The notes under the pieces are model-generated. The model was not told the DNA's origin, searched no databases, and saw nothing but the letters and a program-made list of their open reading frames with translations. DNA of 64,000 nt, taken from positions 14,993,400 through 15,057,399 of the forward strand of contig CM033278.1 in assembly GCA_019343175.1 (NCBI GenBank), written 5' to 3'. Below, piece after piece: positions 51,232-63,060 of the stretch (positions within the stretch are counted from its first letter, which is position 1; each line of letters opens with the position of its first letter). The position numbers were made by a program, and so were the translations under genes. This stretch comes from Oedothorax gibbosus. Lineage: Eukaryota.

Positions 51232-54200
51232 AGTATGCACAGATCATTGTGTATTTGGTGCTACAGGAAACTGGAGTGTGTGCCTTGCATTTTCCATCTG
51301 CTTAAGTGGAAGTGATTCAACTTGGGAACTTAGTGCAAACGTGAAATTTTAAAGTTTTTACACAACTATCAACTTTACATCCCTCCTTAAGGTGTCCATT
51401 TATACTTGTCTTGTTTTTTTTTGTCTCTTTGATGAGCTGTAAATTAGCTGTGCCAATTTGTTTGTAGATTAACTTAAAGTTTTGTGTACTTACAGTGCAT
51501 TTTAGTTTGTTTGGTTGTTGTTTGTGGTATGAGTGATATTTTGTTTTATAAACTTAAAACCTGGTTGTGTGTGCTTAAGGTTGCATAATCTCTAATTTTA
51601 GCCCTAAAAGTAGTTTGGTCTAGTTTATTTTAAGTTGATTATAATTAACTGATTTACAAGTTTTTATTTCGACTTTCATGTGATTATTTCAAAACTAAAA
51701 TATTTAGGTCTGCAAATACAGTTAATTTAATTATAAAGGTGTATTAACAAGTTCATTGCTTGCTTGTTTGTTTTACACAAATAAATTCATACAACTAAAG
51801 TATTAATGTAACAGTCAATTCCTGTGCAGTAACTTTTATATGTAAGAAGCTAAGAACTCTATATTACTAGTTAAAAAAATATATATATATTGCTAGTTGT
51901 TTTGGTGCTAGATTTTTTTTCTGGAATTTTTTTTTGATGGTTGCAAAAATAGGCAAAACTATTTAATAATACTTTATTTTTTGTAGCAAAATGTATTTGG
52001 AACTAAAAATTAAACTATTAATTTGTCTAGCAATTAAAAAAAGTTATTTAGTTTAAGTACTTGCCATACATATTGAACAATTTGCCTTTGAACTGATGAA
52101 TTTTGCATAATTGTATTTTGTAAGTGTTGAAATTAATACAATTTTTAGGCGTTTTCTAATGTAGTAAAAAAAAATCTGCGTTAGTTTTTGTATTGTGTTT
52201 AAAATTTTTGGTATGCCATATTTTTTTTAATACAAAACCTATGTTAGTTGCTTTATTGTGTAAATTTGTATTTAGTGATACTCTATCACCAAATTTAGTT
52301 TTACTTTCTTCTGAATCTCTTCTTTCTTTGACTATCAACTTATTGTTGAAATGGTTTTATTATATTTCGCTGCATATCTATTTTTATATATAAAAAAATT
52401 AGTAGCTTAATAAGCAGCTTTTTCAATTTCATTATTTTTTAATTTATGGTTTTTAATTTTTTTTCTTCACAGATTATAATTCTACCCACAAATAATAATA
52501 AAAAAAGATTCTGAATAATGTATACTAAGATTTATGTTTATAGATCATGTCATGTGTAAAGGTACCTTATGGGCAACCATGATGTCAATTGTTTCCTTAA
52601 CAACCTGAGTTATAAAAGTTCTCACTTGTTTTTTTACTATATTTAAGTTTCTGCAGTGAGCATTTCTTGTGCACTAAGTAAAAGTCCTCACTTTTACTAA
52701 TGTGGACCTTCACATGGCGTATACCTTTGTGATGTGACCCACTAGAGTACATAAGAGAGAATTGGGTTGCCCTTGAAGTTTCTTTTCTCTTGATAGACTA
52801 TAAATTAGTTGTTAAACCATTAATATTAAGGAATTTCTTGTTCACTTATTATTTGTAAAAATATTCTAGTAATTGTTGTTAAGTATTGTATTGCATCCTC
52901 TATTAGCATTAGTTAATTTAGCACTAGTTATTATTATAAATTGTGAGATGAATATATTTAGAACATGTTAGTCAATAATACTCTGCAGTACTTGATTTTG
53001 AAATTTTGGGCTCAGTTCATCGCTATTGATCAATTGAATAGCAGCTAATTATTAGCTAAGCTGTTTTTTTAACTTAAATTTAAAGTAAATTATATATAAA
53101 AAATTATTGATTTTAATTTTAAATGAAAATATTTTTTGAAAAAAATGGAAAGTTACCTTACAAATGAGAATTCTGTGTCTTTTTTTTTATCAGTTAACTA
53201 AGGCTACAGACATCTAGATATTTAATTTGTGACTTTGAAGCCAAGATTTTAAATAGACTATAAGCTTTTAAGAGACAGAAACTAATAGGATTATATAGTC
53301 TATTTTATTCGAGCTTAAACTATTTTTTTGATGGTATATAAATTGCAATTGCTTCTTTATATTTATTTTGTGTTTTACCCATAATTTCTTTGGTTTACAT
53401 TATGAATATAACTTCGAATGAAAAATCAAAATTATATTAAATTGTCTTTCTTATAAGTGCCTCATATAAAAAATATTGCCAACATAAAAATAAATATGTA
53501 TTTTCAGAAATAACATGTAAATCAATAAGATTATATGTAAATTGAAATCGGCAGCTTTCGATTTGAATTTATACTGACAAACTTTTATTTGTATTTGTAG
53601 TATATTTTTAAAATCAAAATAAAGATTTTACCTGTGATTGGCATCTTTTAATGTTGTGTTAATTCAAATGACGTGTTAAAAATAATTTACTTATAAATAT
53701 CATATGTACAACCGTTTTACAAACACCAACACAATCCTTCATAAAATAAGAAGTTCTGAAACAACAGACCAAATCTCATATTTTCTGGCAGGTTACTTTA
53801 ATAATCATAAACAGTAGTACTTTAGGATTTTGTGTATGGGTGAACCAATATACAAAACAAAAATAGCATTAAAAATAGGTGTCTCGTATTGTATTTTTTA
53901 AAAGTGATTTTTTTTTTAAATATGAAGATTAGAATGGAAGTTATGGAAGGGGTTATATGAACTGACTAAAATCTTCAAAGATATTCTACTTTCCACGTTA
54001 TACTTCTTTCGGAAATCTTGTTTTAGGTGACCTAGTCCTTCCAGCTTTGATTCCTGCTTTTCCTAGCAATTGACGTTCTTTTCTCTTGTGACATTGATTC
54101 ACCAATCGAGATTCGAAAATAAATGTATTTTTATTCAGTATTTTTGCTGCCACTTAAGACCTGAAACAAGTGACCCCTTTTTTTCTGTCCTGTGATCTGC

Positions 54201-54379
54201 CGGAAGTTTTGTCTTGAAGAGAGTATCCTTTGTATTTTTCTACCCCATGTGTTAGTAACTGGATGACGGATAGGGCACAAAAGACTTCTGTCTATAGACA
54301 TGGCTATTTAGGATTTTTCGATTATTCTGAGTGGAGAAAATCTGTTATCGTAAATTCAATAACTCCAGGTAGCACAGAA

Positions 54380-54660
54380 ATATTGGCCTATGTCGAAAAA
54401 ATATTGGCCAATATTGCAATCAATATTGTACAATGTAAAAATGACCCCCCCCCCCCCTTGGGAATATTGCCACGATGTCGATTTACGACATTGAACAATA
54501 TTTTTCTCAATGTTGTGCAATATCAAATTTTGATATTGGCCAATATAAAAATTGCCCCTATAACAAATATTTCCCAATATGGTATTTTAACATTGGCCAA
54601 TGTAAAATTGACCCCCCCCTCTAGTGAATATTGCTGAATGTTGGATCACAACATTGATCA
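54380..54660. repeat. Cluster of CAATATTG-type palindromic motifs with two copies of 'aatgtaaaa(a)tgacccccccc..(t)gaatattgc'.
   Basis: Multiple 'ccaatattg', 'caatgttg' and 'caacattg' motifs lie within 280 bp, with two C-homopolymers. Confidence 0.4.
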
Positions 54661-57600
54661 ATATTCCTTTATATGACATTGCTGAATTGTTTTATCTTTA
54701 TTGTTTTCTAATATTCTTTTTCAATCATTTGAATAACTTACTCTGAAAGTTATAAAAAGTAGTAAAGAGGATATAATTTTTGAAAAATATCAATTTTGAG
54801 TTGCTTATATAATTTTTAATGTGAATGTGAGTAGTAAATGTAATATATACATATTTACTGCAATAAAAATAATATGCACTCAAAATTACTATTTGATATT
54901 TTAAAAAAATTATATCATTTGTACAAGTTGTAAAAAAGAATACTAAAAAATAATAAAGATAAAACAATTCAATAATATCATAGACAAGGTGTTGAAAAGT
55001 GTCAAAATTAATTTTCAATTACTAAACATTTAATTTTAAAAGTTTAAGGTCATATTATGGACAATGTTAAATCATACTAACTTTTGTAGAGAGTTAATTT
55101 TTTTTTGCCATATAAGTTACAATAGGTATTTACAAAATAGATTTTTAAAAAATAATAATTGTTTCTAAGTGCCTATATCACCTATGTAAATGCAAAATAT
55201 AACAAGACAGTTTCTCTTGTAAACATTCGAAAAAACAATGTCCATACACACACAAATGAAATTCTGTATTTGGCAGATTGAATTTTTTTGAAAAAGAAAA
55301 TACATGATACATATGATTAAACAATTTTTTCTTCTTTATTGAATCTATTTAGAGTTAAAAAAAAAGGTCATTCCAAATTTAATTGTTAAATATTTTTATG
55401 ATCAAAATTATTTTGTTATTGTAAACATGTTTGTGAATAACAACACAATTTTTAACAACTACATTTACATGCTGAATTATTTAGCATATAGCAAAAGCCA
55501 ACGAAGATAACTATAACAAGCTAAAGTAGTACAGTGTGTAGATTATGTATTCAAACATCGGTACCATTGTTAAATTAATATTTAGTTATTTCTATAAAAC
55601 TGAAAGTTATATCAATTTACTTTTGTATAGGCTGTTCTTCAAATATAACAATAAGCTGGTGACTGACTTCCTTGTTTCAAGGATGCCAAATATGATAAAA
55701 TAGACAACGAATTTTCCCCCCCCACGTCTCACAGGGAAGTTTCTGCACAATCTTCCGATGTCATGATAGTTTCCTATTATGTCAATCAACTATTCTATAT
55801 TGATGAATTTCGCGCGTGGTCATTTGAAATGCCAAGGGTTATAAATATTGAAGATTTGAAACAGTGGTTCAAGTCTTCAACAACTACCCGGCAATATTAA
55901 TTATTATAGTTACGAACCCTTGTTAAATTAAGTATTATAAAAATTACACTTGTTGCAAAAAATTTGCACCATTTAGCGGACCAAGTTAGTTCCCAAGCAT
56001 GCTTGATACCCTATTAAAAATTAGCAAGTTCTGTGAAAGTGGGTGACAGACTGACCGATTATAATACCTCTTGATAAATAAAAATCCTATTAAAAAATAA
56101 AAATTAGCAAGTTCTGTGGGAACACCTAGCGTATTCAGGCCGGAATGCTATTTGGCGACTTTTGGCGTTCGTGAAAAAGTAAACACAGGGTTGCTACAGT
56201 TAGTAGTATTTTACGAAATATTTATATTAATTTCGGTACGGCATCAATAAATTCACTTCGGAAAAATGTTTATTTTAATTTTTAACATCAATATTTGTTT
56301 CAAAACGTTGAAAATTTATTAAGATTAGTAAATTTAGAATAATAATTACGCAGCTAGTTGGTTGGTTGGTAGACATATATTTTATGGGCTTGTGGTGGTG
56401 GTAAGGCACTGCCTTCTCTATTTTAATCTATCTAAATCTCTATCTAATTTTAAAAAAACTTTATAAGGTATATAATTACAAAAAAGGTGTGTATTGATAT
56501 ACTGAACGGAAATTGAAAGTCGCGTAGTGTTACAGATCTCTAGTTTTACAATGCTTTTTTAAAAAAAAAAAAAAAAATTTTTAGCTGTAATGAAATAAAA
56601 AAAAAAACAGTCAAGCTGCCCTTAACTGGACTTAGTTTTATCGGATCTCCGCTTTAACCGATCGAAAGTATTGTCCTAAAATTATTGGTGCTAAAATTAG
56701 TTTTAAAAAAAAACACTAGTTTCGTTATCGATCCCCATCGATGTGATGCTGATACATATGTGCAGGGCCGGATTTAAAGATTTGCCGCATGAAAGCTACG
56801 ATTGATTTGCCGCCCCTGCAGGGGTGCCTACAAGGGGGGTGGGGGGGTCAACGGCGCAAACTGCGTCGTTGAAATTTTAAGGGGGGGGGGGTGATTTTTT
56901 AAAATAAAAATTAATAAATGGCCTATTTTGGCTACCAAAAAAAACCTAAACAAACTCTTATTATTTTTAAGTAACTGCCCCCCCCCCCATAGTATTCAGG
57001 CGATTTTTTTTTTTGGGTTAAATCACAAAAATAGGCGAAAAAACCCAAAAGTGGCCAGATTTTTTATTATATTTTTAACTTAAAATATAAGAATGGGTAA
57101 CCACAATCCTCTTAACAAAACTAAAAGGAGAGAGGTTATAAATAATGTTCTAAGCGTCTACCAGACGCATATTTCCCATATATCCTATTACTCTTATAAA
57201 GTTTAAACAATTACGACCAGTAGGCTCATAAATTTCACGCAGTTTATAAAACATTTCGATGAATTGATGACGTCGTATATTTGTTTCCACTGATAACCTT
57301 GAGATATTCCCGCCATATTCGACAGGAAGCGAAAATAAGAAATTAAGATTTTTGTTGTTAGATTTATAGAAACAGAACGGAGGAAGAGAATAATACCCCG
57401 TTTCCACTAGCGAACTTAATCTAGATCAAGGGCGGAGCCTAAGTGAAACGTCATGAGCTGGGCAGTTAATCCAGTTCCGAACGCGATTAAGTTAATTTAA
57501 CATTGAAAATGAATGTCGCAACAATCCTTAATTGATCCGTTTTAATTAAAGGATAAAATTGCTGTAAAGATAAAATAAAAGTAAATACATAGTCCATAGA

Positions 57601-57959
57601 GGGGAAAAAATAAAAAATAGTACTTATACTTTCTAATCGACGACGAAGATCAAACTAAAAACATGTGCTATGTGATTGGAAAACGTATAAAACGCCTGGT
57701 CTGCTGAAGGGCGAACTTGAAGAATGAACTTGACTTTGAAGACAAAAAAACTGGAGCACACCATTCCACAAAACGAATGCACAAAAGAAAGACATCACTT
57801 TTTTTCCGTGCAAAGGGGGAAGGAGGCGGGGACGGACAAACAGCTTTTTATCCAATCAACCCAAAGGATGTCTCCAACTGAAAATAACGAATATTCCCAA
57901 TCCCCATTTCCGAGCGAAGAACAAAGAATATCGATACAAAGAAAAAAATAGTGCACGCT

Positions 57960-58090
57960 CTTCACATGGTATTATATTAAAAAAAAAAGGGACTTAAGGT
58001 ACCAAAGGTGAAAAAAAGGGACCTAAAATAAAAAAAGGGACTAAAAGGGACCTAAAATAAAAAAAAAAGGGACTTTTAGAGACCAAGGGA
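57960..58090. repeat. Minisatellite (aaaagggacytaar)n.
   Basis: Seven or more 'aaagggac(c/t)' units are visible. Confidence 0.6.
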
Positions 58091-58662
58091 CCAACTCTAA
58101 ACGCCCTGCATATGGTATTAATTTCATATAGACCGAGAGCCCAGGGCCCCCAGACCTAAGTCATTTTTTACAGGATGAAATGTATCGGATTAGGTTCGGT
58201 TTTCATTTACTTTTAGTATATGCATACCCGCTAGAGTGAACCGACGGCCAATTTACAGGTATCGGGTGCAAAAAGTAGGTAAATTATAAGTTAACTGAAG
58301 TCATTTTCTAAAGGCTGATTTTAACGTATGTTTTAGAAAATAATGTTAAAAGTTAATAATAAATTTCCCAGACACTTTCCGTCGGCCGAAACTTTTCCCA
58401 GACGCTTTAAACGTCTTTATCAAGTTCAGACTTTGTCCCACGCATCTGGCGGTGTGAGATGGCACTACAATCGTCCTCGGAAGACAAGAAGGGGAAGTTA
58501 AGCAAAAAAGAACTATGTGTGTATTGGAGAAGTGGTTGGTTGGTTAGTCGATTGACATATATATTCCGGTTTGTGCATAGGTATCATAATTAAAGTATTA
58601 GATTGGCTGATCACGTGACTTCCAATGCTAACGACGGGACGCGCATGGAGGCTTTTTTGGAA

Positions 58663-59015
58663 GGTAAGGTAATCGTTTCCGGCTGCCTATTTCTAGCCTC
58701 CTTCAGGAGCTTTAACACAGCCAATAACGCCTCGTATTTTAGAACCCTGGTCAAGTGACGAGGTCGACACCTGAGCGGGCACCCAACGGAACTTCGAGCG
58801 ACATCGTGCGCTAACGCCGTCGGGACTTTTGACTCCACAGATTTAACGAGCACGTCTGTCCCTGTGTACTCGGGCCCATCCGTGATGAGGATTTTCTACT
58901 ATTTCCAGCACAGATCCGATTTATAGGATGACTGGCAGTAAGTGGGATTCGAACCCCCGCACTCCCTGAGAAGGTTGAACCTCTAGGCTGATGCCTTAAC
59001 CACTCGGCCACGGGC
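58663..59015 (-). mobile_element. tRNA-derived SINE copy A (tRNA-like head at 58925-59015 on the minus strand, body, (AAGGT/ACCTT)-type tail). It is inserted in the left arm of the palindrome with TSD 'cttttttgga'.
   Basis: The head reverse complement 'gcccgtggccgagtggttaaggc...gggggttcgaatccc' has tRNA A/B boxes. The TSD is at 58652-58661 and 59016-59025. The right arm has the empty site 'catggaggcttttttTgagggcttaatggcc'. Confidence 0.8.
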
Positions 59016-59520
59016 TTTTTTGGAGAGCTTAATGGCCAGTGTTGCTGCCACTTTAAGGAAAAAAATACTACAAAAAAAAATACTATTTATTTCTATAATT
59101 ACAAAAAAAATACTAGAAAAGGATTTAAAGTCACTATAAATATTCCAAAATGCAGCTAGTATTTTTACGATATTTTTTTGTAATTCTAGAATAATTTAAA
59201 AATAAATTTTAAAATTAAGTTAAAAGTTTAGTTATAAAGTTTAAAGAGCATATTAGTATTTTAGAATAATTCTAAAATTACAAAAAAATATCGTAAAAAT
59301 ATTAGCTGCATTTTGGAATATTTATAGTGACTTTAAATCCTTTTCTAGTATTTTTTTTGTAATTATAGAATTAAATAGTATTTTTCCCCTTAAAGTGGCA
59401 GCAACACTGGCCATTAAGCCCTCAAAAAAAGCCTCCATGCACGTCCCGTCGTTAGCGTTGGAGGTCACGTGATCAGCCAATCAAATACTTTAATTAGGAT
59501 ATCTATGGGTTTGTGTGCTT

Positions 59521-59736
59521 GATCATTGGAGATGTGAATGTTGTAAGCTAAAGACAGCTATGGTAACTTGTTTATTAATTTATTTTCTAATTAAAAGAAA
59601 ATTTAATTACATCGAAACGATATTCTTTCTTCGTTTTTATTGCTTATCGACTCAGTTTTATTTCTGTCACCATAAAAACACAAAAAATTACATCCCCCTG
59701 TCTTTAGCTTACAGCATTTTCACATCTCCAATGATC
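59521..59736. mobile_element. Small hairpin or MITE-like insertion in the right palindrome arm only. It has about 37-bp TIRs 'gatcattggagatgtgaatgttgtaagctaaagacag' / 'ctgtctttagcttacagcattttcacatctccaatgatc'.
   Basis: The corresponding position in the left arm (about 58595) reads straight through 'ccggtttgtgcataggtatc'. Confidence 0.6.
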
Positions 59737-60703
59737 AAGCACACAAACCGGAATATATATGTCAATCGACCAACCAACCACATCTCCAATACAAACATAA
59801 TTCTTTTTTGCTTAACTTCCCCGTCTTGTCGTCCGAGGACGATTGTAGCGCCATCTCACGCCGCCAGATGCGTGGGACAAAGTCTGAACTTGATAAAGAC
59901 GTTTAAAGCGTATGGGAAAAGTTTCGGCCGACGGAAAGTGTCTGGGAAATTTATTATAAACTATTAACATTATTTTCTAAAACATACTTAAAAATCTGCC
60001 TTTAGAAAATGACTTAAGTTAACTTATAATTTACCTACTTTTTGCACCCGATTCCTGTAAATTGGCCGTCGGTTCACTCTAGCGGGTATGCATATACTAA
60101 AAGTAAATGAAAACCGAACCTAATCCGAAACATTTCATCCATTAAAAATGACTTAGGTCTGGATGGTCACGAATGATTGTTTACATTTTTATCCCTTCAG
60201 CAACACATTCTAACTCGTTTCAAATCAAAATTATACTGCCATATTTTTAAAATAATTTTCTATTAATTCTTAATAATCTCAAATTGATAAAAAAATATAC
60301 AAATCATAATAAAGCACAAAACATTAGCTTTTCTATAACAAAATCAACCAGCTTTGTGCGAGTATCGTTAACAACACACATTCAATGCTTAAAGAAAGGC
60401 ATTAATACAGTCATATAATTGGAACATAATGCGACAAAAACTTTCAAGAAGTTACCAGTAGGTTAATTTGAAATTTTTTCTTTGTTTAATTAAGAGTTAT
60501 TAACACAAAAATGAAACGTTACCAGTTCAAAACAATCCACACCACACACGCTCACGCACAATAATAAACCATAGCCCCCTACATATAATGCCGTCCAAGC
60601 TCGATCAAAAGGTCTTGCTTGACGAAGTTTATAAGCGGGTCGCTGACCAAGCACACAAAAAACCTGAATATATGTGTCTACCAACCAACCAACAAAAAAC
60701 TTG

Positions 60704-61070
60704 GCCCGTCCGTGGCCGAGTGGTTAGGGCATCAGCCTAGAGATTTAACCTTCTCAGGAGTGCGGGGGTTCGAATCCCACCTACTGCCAGTCATCCTATA
60801 AATCGGATCTGTGCTGGAAATAGTATAAAAAAAATCCTCATCACGGATGGGCCCGAGTACACGGGGACAGACGTGCTCGTTAAATCTGTGGAGTCCAAAG
60901 TCCCGACGGCGTTAGCGTACGATGTCGCTCGAAGTTCCGTTGGGTGCCCGCTCAGGTGTCGACCTTGTCACTTAACCAGGGTTCTAAAATACGAGGCGTT
61001 ATTGGCTATGTTAAAGCTCCTGAAGGAGGCTAGAAATAGGCAGCCGGAAACGATTACCTTACCTTACCTT
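60704..61070 (+). mobile_element. SINE copy B (same head and body as copy A), ending in (TTACC)3 and flanked by TSD 'acaaaaaactt(t)g'.
   Basis: Head 'gcccgtccgtggccgagtggttagggcatcagcctagag...gcgggggttcgaatccc'. The body is about 97-98% identical to copy A. TSD at 60691-60703 and 61071-61083. Confidence 0.8.
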
Positions 61071-61269
61071 ACAAAAAACTTTGAAAACTGCCAAGAAAAA
61101 GATACATAGCCAAATATGACAAACTGAGCTCTTTCGCGTTTCCCTACAGTTATGCTCGACTGAGCAGTGGAGCATGCGCAGAAGTGTTTTTTGATTGCCA
61201 GTCTCGAAAAGTTTTGTAGGATGGAGACAGTCGTTTCCCGCCTCCCTTTTTCCATTATCTGCCCCCCCC

Positions 61270-61605
61270 TCCCCGGTGGCCGAGAGGCGTAAGCTACGAT
61301 GGCTACGAGCCTCGTACCGCGAAGGTTCTTGGTTCAGTCCTTGTCCTAGCCATACTATAGATGTATTCGTGCAGGGCTAAAAATCACCGGGGCGCCCGAA
61401 TACACTGCGATATACGTGCTCGTTAAATATGTGGAGACGAAAGTCCCGACGGTGTTAGCGTAAGATGACGTTCGAAGTTCCGTTGAGTGCTCGCTCATGT
61501 GTTGACTCCGTCACTTGACCAGGGTTTCAATTTACAAAGCATAATTGACTGTGTTAAAGCTCTTATAGGAGGCTAAGATGAAATAGGCAGCCGGCTAGAA
61601 ATCCC
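61270..61605 (+). mobile_element. SINE copy C: same conserved body but a different tRNA-like head ('ggtggccgagaggcgtaagc...gaaggttcttggttcagtcc').
   Basis: Body 'cgtgctcgttaaat.tgtggag.c.aaagtcccgacgg.gttagcgta.gatg.cg.tcgaagttccgttg.gtgc.cgctca.gtgt.gac' is shared with A and B at about 85-90%. The head sequence is unrelated. Confidence 0.55.
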
Positions 61606-62337
61606 CCTAAGGCTACTTTATACTTTGCCCTACTTCAGGTTCAGCTGCAGTGATGTGTTTCTTTAAACAAACAGAACTAAATAGTAAATACATTGCATAA
61701 CAATAAAACTTGATATTGGGGGGGGGCGATCTTTTGCCTTGTTAAGGTAAGTAATGATTTTCATTCCTAAATATGTTCACGAAAACATGCTAAAATAACT
61801 TATGCTAAAATAACTTGCGCACAACTGTATCTTCAAAGTAGGTTAAAAATTAATTTTAAACAAGAACTAATAGCCCTCTTTGTTTGACTGTGACAGATGT
61901 TAAGCCCCTTTTTTAAGGTTATTTTTTCTGTTTACCAATTTGGAACTACACAGTATGAGACATATTATAAGTACAAAAATTAAATTTAAATATTAAAGGT
62001 ATTAAACAGACCTATAATTTTTCGCTTCCACATGTCAAAATCTGAAGGAGTTCCTATTATAAAATATTTAAAAGCACACATTCGAATACAATGTTCCAGA
62101 AAATTTATATAATTCTAATTATCAGAAAATATGCAAAAATTAAGAAATAAAACTACTCAAAATTATTGAGTTACGTGAAATACATGATGCTTTTGGTTTT
62201 GGATAAACAATTTAACAACTTAGTATCCATATAATATAAAACATAGTAAATTTAAAATTACTTTAAGTTTAAAAAATTATTGAAATACTGTGGAACTAAT
62301 CAGAATAACAAACAATATAGGTTAAATCCTAGTTTCG

Positions 62338-62520
62338 GTATACAGCGACTTTTTCGGAACTTTGGCGACAAAAAAAAAGGCAATAAATAATTCCAATCTG
62401 GCAACACAGTTGTTTGACTTCGTGGTTTTCAAGTAGCATTGTCTAATCACGCGTCGGTATGCAATGTTTTCTCGCCAACAAGTTTGGCGAGAAAACATTG
62501 GTTTTGGTCGCTGTATACAG
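62338..62520. repeat. Nested palindromes: outer 'cggtatacagcgac'/'gtcgctgtatacag', and an inner near-perfect 40-bp palindrome 'caatgttttctcgccaacaagtttggcgagaaaacattgg'.
   Basis: Seen directly at 62338-62352/62507-62520 and 62460-62500. Confidence 0.5.
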
Positions 62521-62639
62521 AAACTTGGAATTAACCACAATATATATAAACATTTCATTACATTTTAAAACAGCACCTATACAGTCAAACTCGGCTACAA
62601 CGACAACTTGTTTTGTTTATAATACCATAAATGTTTGTT

Positions 62640-62720
62640 CCCTTGAATTGCCCATGGCCCTTAATGTTATTATTTGCCATGGCCCTTAATGTTATTATTT
62701 GCCATGGCCCTTAATGTTAA
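62640..62720. repeat. 29-bp tandem repeat x3 ('gccatggcccttaatgttattattt').
   Basis: Three contiguous copies. Confidence 0.8.
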
Positions 62721-62809
62721 AATTTACTTATATTATTGTCTAACTCGATATTGTTGTCCTTTTTCATCAGGCGATAATATGCATGCAAATTTTGTCTTTG
62801 GTTTAATAG

Positions 62810-63060
62810 TTGCATTGGATTGTGGGTAGGTGACGGAGTATGGGATTTTTTAAAAATATTTTTTCGTCATTTTTTATAGGTACGTTTGACATGTAGGTAT
62901 GAGTTTTGAACGTCCGATTTTTTTTCAGATTTGAAGACGTAAGTTTTTTTAAAAAATGTTTTTTTGTCATTTTCTACATTTTTGTTTTACGTGTATGTTT
63001 GATTTTTGAACGTCCGATGTTATTTCTAGATTTGAAGAGGTCTGGTAAGTTAGCTTTTTT
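62810..63060. repeat. About 115-bp tandem repeat x2 ('..ttttttcgtcatttt.ta...gtttga...tgaacgtccgat.tt.tttc.agatttgaaga.g').
   Basis: Two diverged adjacent units. Confidence 0.6.

Larger units (their letters stand above)
58152..60162. mobile_element. About 2-kb long inverted repeat (foldback-like palindrome), centre about 59215. The arms carry different nested insertions.
   Basis: 58175-58560 is the reverse complement of 59800-60135. 58600-58650 is the reverse complement of 59425-59475. 59028-59215 is the reverse complement of 59216-59420 ('ttaatggccagtgttgctgccactttaagg' / 'ccttaaagtggcagcaacactggccattaa'). Confidence 0.8.

Noticed and set aside
58925-59015. tRNA genes (Ser/Leu-like head with GGCCGAGTGGTTAAGG D-loop) at 58925-59015(-), 60704-60790(+), 61270-61350(+) and 101-175(+).
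   Set aside because: Each is contiguous with a shared non-tRNA body and tail and is flanked by TSDs as a unit. The acceptor stems do not pair cleanly. I interpret them as SINE heads or tRNA-like pseudogenes, although tRNAscan-SE would be needed to exclude a functional tRNA.
58611-61109. Duplicated 66-80 aa ORFs 'MLVKSVESKVPTALA.DVARSSVGCPLRCRP.HLTRVLKYEALLA' on opposite strands; also ORF 59515-59967.
   Set aside because: They lie within SINE bodies and palindrome arms. Their conservation reflects recent SINE copies, not selection on a protein.
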